DNA of 64,000 bases, from the NCBI GenBank assembly GCA_008632985.1, contig QPGO01000175.1:1-64000 (forward strand), read 5' to 3'. Positions 26,801 to 37,517 of this stretch are shown one piece after another. A model generated the notes under the pieces. That model had not been told where the DNA came from, did not search any database, and saw only the letters and a program-made list of their open reading frames with translations. Origin of the DNA: Psammoneis japonica (lineage: Eukaryota). Position numbers and translations under genes: made by a program. Within the stretch, counting starts at the first letter, position 1. Each line of letters begins with the position of its first letter.

Positions 26801-28300
26801 CAAATGTGGCACAGAAGGCATTGGCATGACTCCAGACTCACTCCAGTGTTTGCAGCCTTTTGGAGATTCAGCATGCAAAGCCAAGGCCATCCGCATGAGT
26901 TGGGGAGAGAAGCTGCATTGTTTTGGTTTTCCTGTGGCTCTCTTGGCAAAGTTGCAAATGGTGCCCATCAGCTCATCCACCATCTGTGATGCCTCGGCTT
27001 CCACCTGCTTTGACGGCAAAAGTGCACCCTCCATTTCTGCAATGTGCTTGACCACACACTCCAGGATCTTTTTGTGGACATCATTCTTGTTGTCTTCACA
27101 GCATTTTGCAGAGTCAAACAGCAAATCACGCAGACGGTCATCATTTGAGCCAATGTGGAGCCGGCTCTTGTCAGAGTGCATGAGTTTTCGCAAAGACTTT
27201 AATCTGCTTCTAACTTTCCTCAAGTTGGTTGCCAAGCTTGACATCTTGTTCTCCAGTTGCTCACGAGAACAGTGGCCGTGTCGGGTTGATGGGTGAATCT
27301 CTCCCACAGACTTGGAATCCATCTTACGACGCTTTGCGGATTTGTTGCATGTGCCACAGGACCCACAGTCACTGGTGTCTGTTTTTCTCCTTTGGACAAG
27401 GGAAAACATTGTGCAATTTGTTGTGTGCTCATTGAGACAACAAGATGAACACGGGCGCAAGTGCACTTGAGTGTTCTTTTTGTTTTTTCCAAGCGGCACC
27501 AAATCATTCTTGTCACAGCACTTGCAGCACAGTTTCACAATGGCCACAACATCTGGGTGGCACATGAACTCCTCATCACTGTCATTGTCCGTGGAGTCAC
27601 TGCTGTTGTTGATTATTTCTGTGTGCAAGGCACTCAGCTTGTGTGTGAGCTGCACAACAGAAGGCACCAATGGGCCAGTCCAACCGGCGGCTGCTGATGA
27701 AACCTCCTCCTCGGTTGCTTCTTCCATGTTGTTGCCTTCAATGGATTTCCTGATGATGGCACGAGCTGCTCGTTCTGAAGAAAACGAGTTTATGATGGCC
27801 TGCACATCCCCTCTGGAGGCAAGCGGCACTTGGACACATCCACACTTGTTGGTGCCATCCGTCATTTCCTCCAGCAACACACGCTCGGATTCATGCACAA
27901 TGCCCATGCTGCGGGCAGCATCCAAATCCATGGGAGCAGTGACATTTCGAAATGCACCCCCGGCACCAGGCAACGGATCCAACTCGATCTGCGCTCCATC
28001 CTCAGCAGCAAGTCGCACGGATTTTTTTACTCCACTCCTCTCCACCAACTTGAGGTAAAAATGGTGTCTCGCAATGACCATTTCACCTTTTCCCTTGAAT
28101 CCCTGTCCAAGCAACCGAATGAATGAAGCTCTCAAAGCAACAGCACCCGGCTTTTTCCCTTCTGGAACTCGACAATAACCCAACAACGGATGCGCAGCAT
28201 TGGTGGCAATGCAGTGCTGACCGATCTCTTTACAAAACAATCCGCAATCACTCCAATTGCATTGGCATTGATCACATGCAAGCAACTGTGACCTTGGCAT
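23865..28300 (-). pseudogene. P-element/THAP9-like transposase, frameshifted
   Basis: THAP-like N-terminus (CQCNWSDC...ARHHF), FSPQLMRMALALHAESPKGC...MPS, ILCDQLKL, GLDAGGSN, CAVHNAKGSRNAL, WNKMNVNLVKQVL, NTSILEALFSLVRQ across ORFs 26411-28477, 26155-26544, 24676-26151, 24188-24874 and 23865-24272. Confidence 0.85.
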
Positions 28301-28662
28301 GTTTTGGAGACAGTCTGATGTCAATGCGAGTGACAATGTTGTTGGGTGTGACAGAATGTGGATGCCGAGTGTGTTGTGCCGAAACGTTGCGTTGGAGGGA
28401 AATCGTGGAAATTTCGATTTCGCTCCATAAAATTTCTTACGGGTACAGCACGTCGTGACAGATCTTGCGTTGATCATCTACGCGCGTGATCCACCTCATC
28501 GTTTTGTCGACTGCGCGTTTGCGCGCATCGGGCGACAACAGACGATTTATGCACCGCTGCGTAAGATAGACCTCTCTAGGGCCTAGAGCAGGCTCTCCGG
28601 AGCCTGGGGGTTAGGGCCTCGGTGAGCGCCGGTTACCGCGTACATCAGTACCAAAACCTACG

Positions 28663-31252
28663 CAGGCCCTTTCTACTTAAGGGCAGGACATCATTCAATT
28701 ATAGACGATGAAAGAACATTTATTGATGACTTTTCAGTCACGATCAAAAAATGTCCGACAGTTTCACGTGACCCCTGACACTTAAGTGATCCGATGACGC
28801 GACGTTAAATGTTGTGAGACAACAAAAGCAGCGGCTTGACCGGCTTTTAGCCTTTCTTCTGGTACATTTTTCACTGGGGGTCTACACGGGAGGATGGAAA
28901 AATTGAAAACAAAAAATGCAGGGGCTATAGAGTTACAAAAACACAAAAAACACTCGACCTCCTTCAACCTCACGCATCTTCCGATGGGAGAGGTTGGATG
29001 CGACGCGATCTTTTCTTCGGTCCTTGGGAGCGGTCGACCTTACGGCGCTTGGTATCACTAGATTGAGCCTTGGAAGTATCATACAATTGTCTGAGTGACA
29101 TAGTACCTCTCTCCTCGTCAATCAGCCTTGCAGATTCCTGGAGTACAGCGGCACGGTCTGAAAAACCACGCACTCGCTCAGACCGTTTCAGAATCAAGCC
29201 ATACAGGTATGAACGACGACTGAGCTGCATAGTGACCCCACCCTGCCAATTCTTTTTGCTCACTCCTTTGTACTGTTCCAACTGAAACTCCAGGTGCTCC
29301 TCCAACAATTTGGTCATTGTCTTTGGCATTTCTTTTGGAAAGTATGGTTGAGTAGCACCTGACGGCGGCGGAGGCAGATGCTGAACGATGCGCGAGCGAG
29401 TTGGATTCGAATCCAATACGGTACGTGTCTGAATCGCATTCCGACTACTCACAGCCATTCTGATGCTCTGCATCTGCTCACGTTGCTGCTGTTGTTGCTG
29501 CTGGTTTTGCCTCAGAATAATGTTAGTGAAATTTTGAACTTCTGCTGACAGTCGATCCATTTTCCCAACCAGAACCTGTGTATCGGTACGAACCGAGGAG
29601 AAAGCTGTCTGCGCAGCAATGTTCAGATTTTGAATCTCGTCTTCTTCTGCAGTGTCCATATCAGCCAACTCTTGAAGCCTGTCCCTTGCCCACTCAATGT
29701 ACCTGCCGCCAAAAACACGAACCAATAGACGGGATACTTCGTGCTGCGGATACTCCGTGACCCAGTGGATACCGTCTTGGCACAGGACGCGAGCGAAAAA
29801 AGGTAAGGTCCCATATAAAAAGTTTGTACCGCATGGCCACTTACGACCAACATTGTGTTGCTGTTTCCATGCAGGCAGTCTTGGCCATATCATCTCTGCC
29901 AACTCAGTATCAGTGACGTTTGGTTTTCCGGGAACTAGTTCGCCGAAGGATATGTTGGTACGAGGGACGTAGTAAACCTTCTCCCATGCAGCTTAGAGAA
30001 CCCGGCGGCAATCAACTGCACTTGTGGAGGGATCTCAGGCAAGTATGAGACGTCAAGTGAATCTTTTCCATGCTTCGTCTGCTGCTCAATATTTTGCTTG
30101 GTCGCCCCGCCCATGTTGCTAGAATCGATGCCGGCGGTGCGAAGGTGAGCACACTTTGCCCACGACGTCTTTGTTGCCCTGTATACCCGTTGGTATGCCT
30201 TACGGTGCGTGTCTAATGTTTTCCAACCCACTAGTTCATACTTGTACCAGTCCGGGAAACCGTCATGTTGATGTATGAAGTGGATTTCCGTATCGCTATG
30301 AAACCTGCAGGCGGCGACGGCGGCGTTCATACCGGTTCCGCATCGCTTCCAGTCGCGGTGCCGCCACATGCCTGCAACTCTTTTTTTGTGGGAACCTCGT
30401 TTGCCTGTAAACCGTTGCTCAATCAGAGCTATCATTGGACGTGCGACCGATTCGTTTGGGTTGCCGGGGCCGTGAGTTTCGTCATAGTGAATATCCGCAT
30501 AGCGTGTAAGTCGGAGCTGATCGCCTCGTATCATGGTCTGGCTGCAGCTGGTCCATGACACTACCAAGTTCTTCCAAGCAGCAGATTGAATAATATAATT
30601 CAATATCTTATCCTCAGCAACACGAGACAGAGTATCCGTAGGCAGCTTGTCATGAGCTGATACAAACGTAGTGAGCAAATTTTGGGTGTATCGCTCCTTG
30701 TGTGCCACCAGAGCGACGTCAACTGCCTCTGATCTCACAACGAATTTTGGATTGGGAGGTTTGTGCTCCTCCCAAGATGAATAATGCTGCAGTGACCAAA
30801 TGACACGCTTGGCCGACTTCGGCGTGACGTCTCGTTTCGACACTACCTCCAAGAAGTACCGGTCGACCTGGTCTCGCGTCAAGTAAGGCGGCCCCGACAG
30901 AGCCGGCGATTCATCCACCCACCTTTTGTATGCATTCCACTCAGTGACATAAGTGCCATCCACCTTGGGTGGTGTGATGGTTTGGGCCAACAAGTCTCCT
31001 ATGGAGACCTGAGACGCCATCTTGGGTCTGTTCTGCTCATTATGATAGCCTCGAGGGATAATCTTTTGGGGTGCACCCACCTTACTATCAAAAGAAAAGA
31101 GGTTTTTGAAATCAAACGCTCACTTATGGCGTTCGATAAGTGGAGTCGTTTCGAATCATGTTGACATTCGAGTGGGAAGAAAGAACATTTCGATAAGTGG
31201 ATTTTACGTCTTGTCCTGTTCTGAAGGTTCTTATCTTCACTAACCACAGGCC
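28663..31252 (-). mobile_element. Crypton (tyrosine-recombinase DNA transposon); boundaries tentative
   Basis: Recombinase gene below; candidate 6-bp direct repeat CAGGCC at 28663 and 31247; normal TpA content. Confidence 0.7.
28970..31020 (-). CDS. Crypton tyrosine recombinase with GCR1_C-like C-terminal region; one frameshift near 29984
   Basis: IRGDQLR, CAHLRTAG, HGKDSLDVSYL, then AAGF...YYVPR...LAEMIWP once one base is restored, and PYFPKEMPKTMTKLLEEH. Confidence 0.8.
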
Positions 31253-31612
31253 TATCCGGGGTCCGGGAACCGGTTCCGGGGTGGTTCCGGCGCCGGCCTC
31301 CTACGGGCAGGAACCACTGAGGACTCCCCCGGTTAGCGCGGTTAACCCGTGACGTCAGGGGGAAGCGCGCCCCCCAATCAGCGGTGGTTATTCCTGTTAA
31401 CCGGTGTCGCGCGACTCTAGTATCCGAGGGTATCGCTGCATGTCATTGCGCTTGCCAATGCGCCTGGTGACCTTGAACCTGCTGCCTCCTATCGCGCGGT
31501 GTCGTGTGATCGTGCTTGAGTGCGTGTTGTCTTCTTGCTAGCTCTATACTTCTTCTCGTTGTCTGTCGTCTATTGTTCCGCTCTTTTGATTACAGTAGTC
31601 TCAATAAGCATT

Positions 31613-32803
31613 ATGGGATTGCTTGCAGACCTTATTATGTTTCGACTTTTTTCAATCTACCTTGCTCTGTCGTCGTGGAAAGATTTTGAGTCTATTCTTC
31701 CTGCTGCGCAACCGCCCGTCTACAACTCGATTCCTAGCGACATCCAAGATAAGCCCGTTTTGTTTCGTGACAAGGAGGGATTGTCTCCTTTTTGTCAACA
31801 AGTTTGGCTAGCTCTCGAACTAAAAGGTGTGGATTATGTTACTGTTCTGACTGAGGGGGGCGACAGGTTGATTCAGTGGCCTGACGGACAAGTTCATACT
31901 GATTCCTTGGAAGCTCTTGAACGCATCCAATCTGAATATGCTGATCGCGGACCAGATTTGTTTAAGAGAATATCGAAAGCAGTTGACAATGTGCGATGTA
32001 ATATTCAGCGATTCAAGGGCGTCTTCCCTCGAAACACTGATCCTAGCCTTTATGCGCCTTTTATTTTTCGAAAAGGAGAGTTGGTGTCTATCAGCAGTCA
32101 TATGGTGAGCTTGGAAGAGACAGATGAGGTCATGGAGGAATACGATGACGGGCCGTTTCTGTGTGGAGACTTTATTTCTGCCGCCGATGTTGTTTGGGCT
32201 CCATTTCTAGAGCGCTATGCTGCTCAACTCCCTCTTACCTATGATGGAGATTCTTTGGAACCTAGATATGGCGGGGAGTACGAGGCGTTGGAAGCTTGGT
32301 TCGATGCGATGGAGTCTGTCCCTAGTTATGCTTGTGCCGTTGCCGGTGACCGGGTATCGTGGGAAAATGTTCTAAGGGATGCAGTACAGGATAAGGTTGT
32401 TCCCGTTGTGGATCTGCTTCCGCCACGTAGTCCTCGGGTTTCCACAAATCGTAAGGGATACGATCCTTCAGCTCTATGGCAGGAATATGCCAAGGAGAAA
32501 GCGTACCTTTGCTCAACCCCAGAGGAAGAATGCGTTGCTCACATTGTTCGCAATCGTGAGTTTATCGTGGAAAGTGCAGCTGAAAAGCTGAGTATTGGTG
32601 AAATAGATATTGACTCGGCTCTTCTGGAAGTCCTAAACTCTCTGCTGGGCAAAATGGACAGATCGAAGCTTTCAGGAAATGCTCGAGACGTGGCAGCCTA
32701 TGTTGACAAAGAATTGCGGGTGCCTCGAGATATGGGGATGATCCCCGCTGCCACTCTCCGCATGCTCGTTTCTGTCGCACCAAAACCACGAATCAAGGGT
32801 TGA
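31613..32803 (+). CDS. Glutathione S-transferase-like protein
   Basis: SPFCQQVWLALELKGVDY and GPFLCGDFISAADVVWAPFLERY; start uncertain (31613 or 31637). Confidence 0.85.
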   Translation: MGLLADLIMFRLFSIYLALSSWKDFESILPAAQPPVYNSIPSDIQDKPVLFRDKEGLSPFCQQVWLALELKGVDYVTVLTEGGDRLIQWPDGQVHTDSLEALERIQSEYADRGPDLFKRISKAVDNVRCNIQRFKGVFPRNTDPSLYAPFIFRKGELVSISSHMVSLEETDEVMEEYDDGPFLCGDFISAADVVWAPFLERYAAQLPLTYDGDSLEPRYGGEYEALEAWFDAMESVPSYACAVAGDRVSWENVLRDAVQDKVVPVVDLLPPRSPRVSTNRKGYDPSALWQEYAKEKAYLCSTPEEECVAHIVRNREFIVESAAEKLSIGEIDIDSALLEVLNSLLGKMDRSKLSGNARDVAAYVDKELRVPRDMGMIPAATLRMLVSVAPKPRIKG

Positions 32804-34209
32804 CAAGTCGCAGCTCCAGACCGAAATAACTATTTCAAACGAGTTTTCTTCATTGCTTCCATTTTCATTGGTTTCGAATGTTTGATCCGAGGAGACTATC
32901 TCCGGCATACAAGTACCGGTGGAACTATGAAGAGGAGCGCATGCCAGTCAATCACAGCTTTTCTTCTGCCTGTTCTTGCTATTGCCAAGATTTTTTTCGT
33001 CACACCAACCCAATTTTCGCCGACGCATGGCGCAGTTGGTTTTCCACGAACACGAATGGCATTTTCCAGACGCTGCACTCTCTGAATTAGTTTGAATTCA
33101 ATACTGCTTCATCCGGTATTGAACGTTTCATACGATAATGCAGCCATCAAGCTCGCCCCCTTCCGGAAAGGGGCCAACGTAGCGTCGGCGATCTCATGTT
33201 GGGATATTTTTAATACCTTTGAGGCACCCTACGAATACGAAACCAAAAGAGTTGGATTTGCGAGTGCCTCTCCACAATTCAAGTGAGCTGTGGCACCCGA
33301 CAATTACGCGCTTCAACGGCTTGGTGAACGCAAACTCACGGCGTCTGTGAATAGTCTATGCCTGCGACTGCGGCTGGCACGATATCGCGGATACCACGCA
33401 GTTTGTGGTTCAAGTAGCTTTGAATCATTTAATACGCTGGAGTGAAATGGAGGAATCCAACTTTTGCTGGCCCAACGACTGGCTAGTATATGATCTTACC
33501 CTGTTGCACAGCCTGAAACCAGGAGAAGGCTTTGGCGCGGCAACGATTTCTGTTCACAATCATCTCCCAAAAGGTACTTATCCTTCGAGACCTCTGTCGC
33601 AAGGTCTTCACCCGCACTGGCGGTTCCCATGCAACACCAAATGGCAGACACATGTATCCACCGAGCGTGCACGTTATGACCCAACAACTAATTTTGTACC
33701 ATCCGAACCATATGATACAGAAATTGCAACATTGGACAATGTAAGCAAAGCATAGACTGTTCGTGGTTCTGCACGAATATCGGCAGAGAAACTGTTCTCA
33801 ATGCGTATCTCGAAGCATGGACAAGATGACGCGGTCGGATCGTTTTGAGGGGTCTTTTTCGTTCCAGGATGGCGCATTTGTACCGTAATCGTCTTGAAGG
33901 AAAGCTCTGACATTTCCAATATGCAAAAGGACTGCCGGCATGCATAGCTTCTAACAAAAATCCTCGATTAGAGAGAGAACAAAGCAGTGATGGTTAGGAT
34001 GCGTACGCTTTGTCAGAATCAATGCAGTGCCGTTGTCGTATCTGGTTCTGTCGTAACATTCTTGACACCACTGAGAAGATGTTGGAATGATCACTGAGGG
34101 CGCTCAATTACAGTTACCCTACTTGAGGATTTTCTTGCGGCTTCCAGCTCTTGCGGTCAATTAAAATCTAACGCCTTCCATCACAAAGAAAGTGTTCTTA
34201 AAAATGGTT

Positions 34210-37200
34210 ACTCGTTTGACAGCATGTTGCGCAAACTCCATCGAACACAGTTTCAAATCGGAATTCAGCAGGCACAAACGAAGAGAATCTGTGCTTTGTG
34301 CTTGATTCAGCAGCTCGCAATTCCTCTTGTGCATCAGTCAAGTTCACGTTGTGCGCGTGCCGAGGGCCGAGATGCATCAAGGGAGGGCACAGCGAGTCTC
34401 CATCGTCTTGCACAGGGTTTGTGAATGCTGCACCTCAGCTCATGCTGGCCACCATTGGAGATGGCACCACAAAGGGGCACCCAACTCCAAAGAGAAAGGC
34501 AGCTTGTTCTGTCAAGGTGACACACTGTCTGGGAGACAAGTTTGGATGATTGGTTGTTCATGGAACAATTCCCATCATGACAAGTGCTGGAGCACAGGGT
34601 GAAATTGTGGTGGAGCAGCACCTCCAAGATCTGCAACATGTTTCTTCACACAGGACAAGTCAAATGCTGCATCTGTCCCCGGCATTGTGCCAACCCTTTC
34701 TCACTCTGCCACAGCAGACATCCAGCAAGTCATGAATGGATGTTTTTCTTGTTGAAAGACTCCTTTTGGTTTGCAGAGCCAGTGTGCATTTTTGTTCAAC
34801 AAACCCCGGCCCAAGATTTGTGGGGAATTCAATGTTGACTGGGCTTCAGCCATCAGGTCATGTCATCCCTTCTTGTTCAGGGAAAAATTCGGTGTTGACT
34901 CAGCTTCAGCCATCAGGTCATTTCATTCTTTTGAGAACATTGGTTGCCAAATGATGAGGCCATTGCTCTTGTCTTCATCCAATGCATCTTGTTGTTGTGT
35001 CATGTCAGCCCGGGCTAGAGACCATTCCAGAACTGCAGTGAGCTTGTCAACACCCCCTCTTGCAACGACACTTTTGGCCCAAGAAGACAGTGTCTCCTGA
35101 CCCTGCCAACATCACTCGCCAATGTTTTTGCTGTGTGGACATTGTGATGGCAGGGTCTTGCCTTGCTCTGGTGCAACATGGCAGAGCATGCTGAAAATTA
35201 AAGCCAGCTTGTTTTCTCTTTGCTGCCATTCACCTTGGCACACAACACGCTCATGCTCATGTTTTTCCTGCCCCACCACATCTTGTTGTGTGGCAAGACT
35301 CAGCCACAGAGCATCATCTTGCACCAATGCGGTGCTCTCAGCCATGGCAGCAGCAAAGGCTCTCACATCTTTTGCTTTGCACAAGCAAGGTGTGGCATTT
35401 TTGATGTGCTGCACTCACCACCTCATTTCAGCCATGCTGGTGCACCTGGTGCAAAAAAAATGCCTTTCTCATGCACAATGGATTGCCCTTGTGGCCATTG
35501 CAAGCCAGTCTTGTCAGTCTCAACCTTGTTGCTTGGGCCCTTTCTCTCATCTGGAGCAGCCAGCCAAACTGACTGGTGTGGCCAATCCTCAGCTGGCTGT
35601 GTCAAGTTGCAGGTGTCTTGATGCATCAACGAGGTTGCTGCACTCTTGCAGTGTCAGGGCAAGTTGTCATTTTGAGCACCAAGCTGGAGAAAAAACTCTT
35701 TGCTGTTTTTTTTCATTTTCTTTGCTCTGCTCATTGTCTGGCAAATCTCCAACACAATGATTTGCTGTGTTTGTCATGCCCACACTTGCACCCTCTGCTT
35801 CCAAGGAGTCAAAATGCAGAAAACAAGCTGTTGTTTGCAAGAAGCTGAGGAAGATTGCATGGCAAAATCATCTTTCTCTTGCTGAGTTCATGATTTGCCA
35901 CCTTTCCTGTTGTCAAAATTTGCCTGTGCTGCTTGGCTGACTGGCGAAGAGCCAGTTGCAGGGCATGATCTAACAGTGTGGTTGTTGCTCTGTTGTTTTG
36001 GGGTGCTGGAACAAGGGCCACTGCACCATTTTGAGCATCAAGCAAAGAAATGCCAAAACAGTCTGCCACTTTGCACATTTTCTGCTCTGCTTGTTTTGTG
36101 GCAGTCAAATTTCCAGCAGCATGGTCATTTGCTGCACTCAGTTTGCTCTGTGCACACCGCACATTCGCTGCTCTCATCCAAGAACAAACTGAAATTTGGG
36201 GAGCACACATCAAAAATCAGCCAGGTGGCTCCGTGCAATGTTCACTCCACTGACTCTGGCAAGTGCTGTGCCTGCAGATGCACGTGTGGTGGTTGTCTCT
36301 CAGGTGACAACAAGGTGCATGTGACCCAAGAAGAAGTGCACGTGCAAGACTCACCATGATGCTCCTCACTGTGCTGAGTGCAGGAGGCTGGCGCAACCCA
36401 GCCACATGAGGTTTGGTGTTGTCTGCAGCTCTGCAAATGAGCCAACCATGATCATTGCCAGCAAGACTGGCTCAGGAGGATTTCCAGGCTGGCAGCATCA
36501 GTGTCTGAGCATCAGCGCAGGGCAAGGGAAGTTGGCTTGTGCAATTTTCTGCATGTCGAGTGCCGCAGCACAAAGGTGCATGTCAAAGAAACAAAAAGGC
36601 AATGTGCGCAACCATGTCAAGATGTCACATCATGGCATCATGACCAAAACTTCTTCTGCCATGCATCACATTTTTGTTTGTGCCTTTTGGTCAGAAGCAG
36701 CTTCCACTTCTTGAGGCACAGCACGCAATTTTTCTGTCCAATGGAGCTGCAAGGCAGAGTCTTGAATGTGAGAAGAGAGAGCCAAAAGCCAGCTCTGTGC
36801 ACAGCAGCAGCAGCAGCAGCAGATGAGGGCCAGCGGGCAGAAGCAAGCTGGGGGGGGCTCAGCTCAAGACAACATTCCTGTGTTGTTGCACATGCTTTGT
36901 GCCAACATTTGTCCAGTGTGTGAATGAATGTCAGGAGGGCCAATGTTGTTTGCTCCACACCAGCATTTATGTGGGCTCCTCACTCAGAGAGAGACACACA
37001 CAGCAAGGTGCCCCCCCCCCCCCCCTCTGTTCCATGTGGAGCTCTCATGTGGCCTTTTGATCATCGTCTTTGTCAGCATTGTTGTTGTTGTTGCAGCATG
37101 ATGTGCTGGGACACTGCCACCATGGTCAACACAAGCTGTTGTGGTTGCTGCTGCTGGTTGCCGAAGAGGTTGCAACGATTTTGAGGGCACGGCAATGCGT

Positions 37201-37300
37201 CTGAGCCTGTGGGCAAGCGGCGTGCTGGATGGACGAGTCAGTCGTCGAAGTGCCTGAATCAGAATCATTCGACTAATCAGGTGGCTCACGACTGAAAAAA
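34210..37300. other. Heavily decayed tract lacking TpA and most CpG (old TE or duplicated gene relic)
   Basis: TG/CA-rich sequence; 60-bp tandem duplication at 34826-34930; no recognisable domain. Confidence 0.6.
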
Positions 37301-37517
37301 AGTCCTCGACAGACGTACTGACACATTACCAGAGGCCGCGTAGATCGCACATACATAGATTTGTAGTTGTTGTCCAGTACAAACACGCGATGGTGAGTGC
37401 ATCACCAACGAAGCACGAGAGAGGCCAAAACAGCAGGTTGTTGTTTCCAAGAAGCACTCTGACGGTACTGTCAATGATCCATCCCATGAAAGAGCATCAC
37501 ACACAGAACGTCTAAAT

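Larger units (their letters stand above)
22818..28559 (-). mobile_element. Full-length P-superfamily DNA transposon, hypermutated
   Basis: About 145-bp imperfect TIRs starting CAG(A/C)GGTGCA (22818-22964 and 28418-28559); 8-bp flanks CGCAAGAC (22810-22817) and CGTAAGAT (28560-28567); internal P-type transposase. Confidence 0.9.

Noticed and set aside
26036..26989. 317-aa plus-strand ORF
   Set aside because: It is the antisense shadow of the P transposase in stop-poor DNA.
22818..28559. Classical fungal RIP
   Set aside because: RIP raises TpA and AT content and adds stop codons; the opposite is seen here.
32925..33960. Possible broken membrane-anchored enzyme gene
   Set aside because: It is fragmentary with no diagnostic motif.
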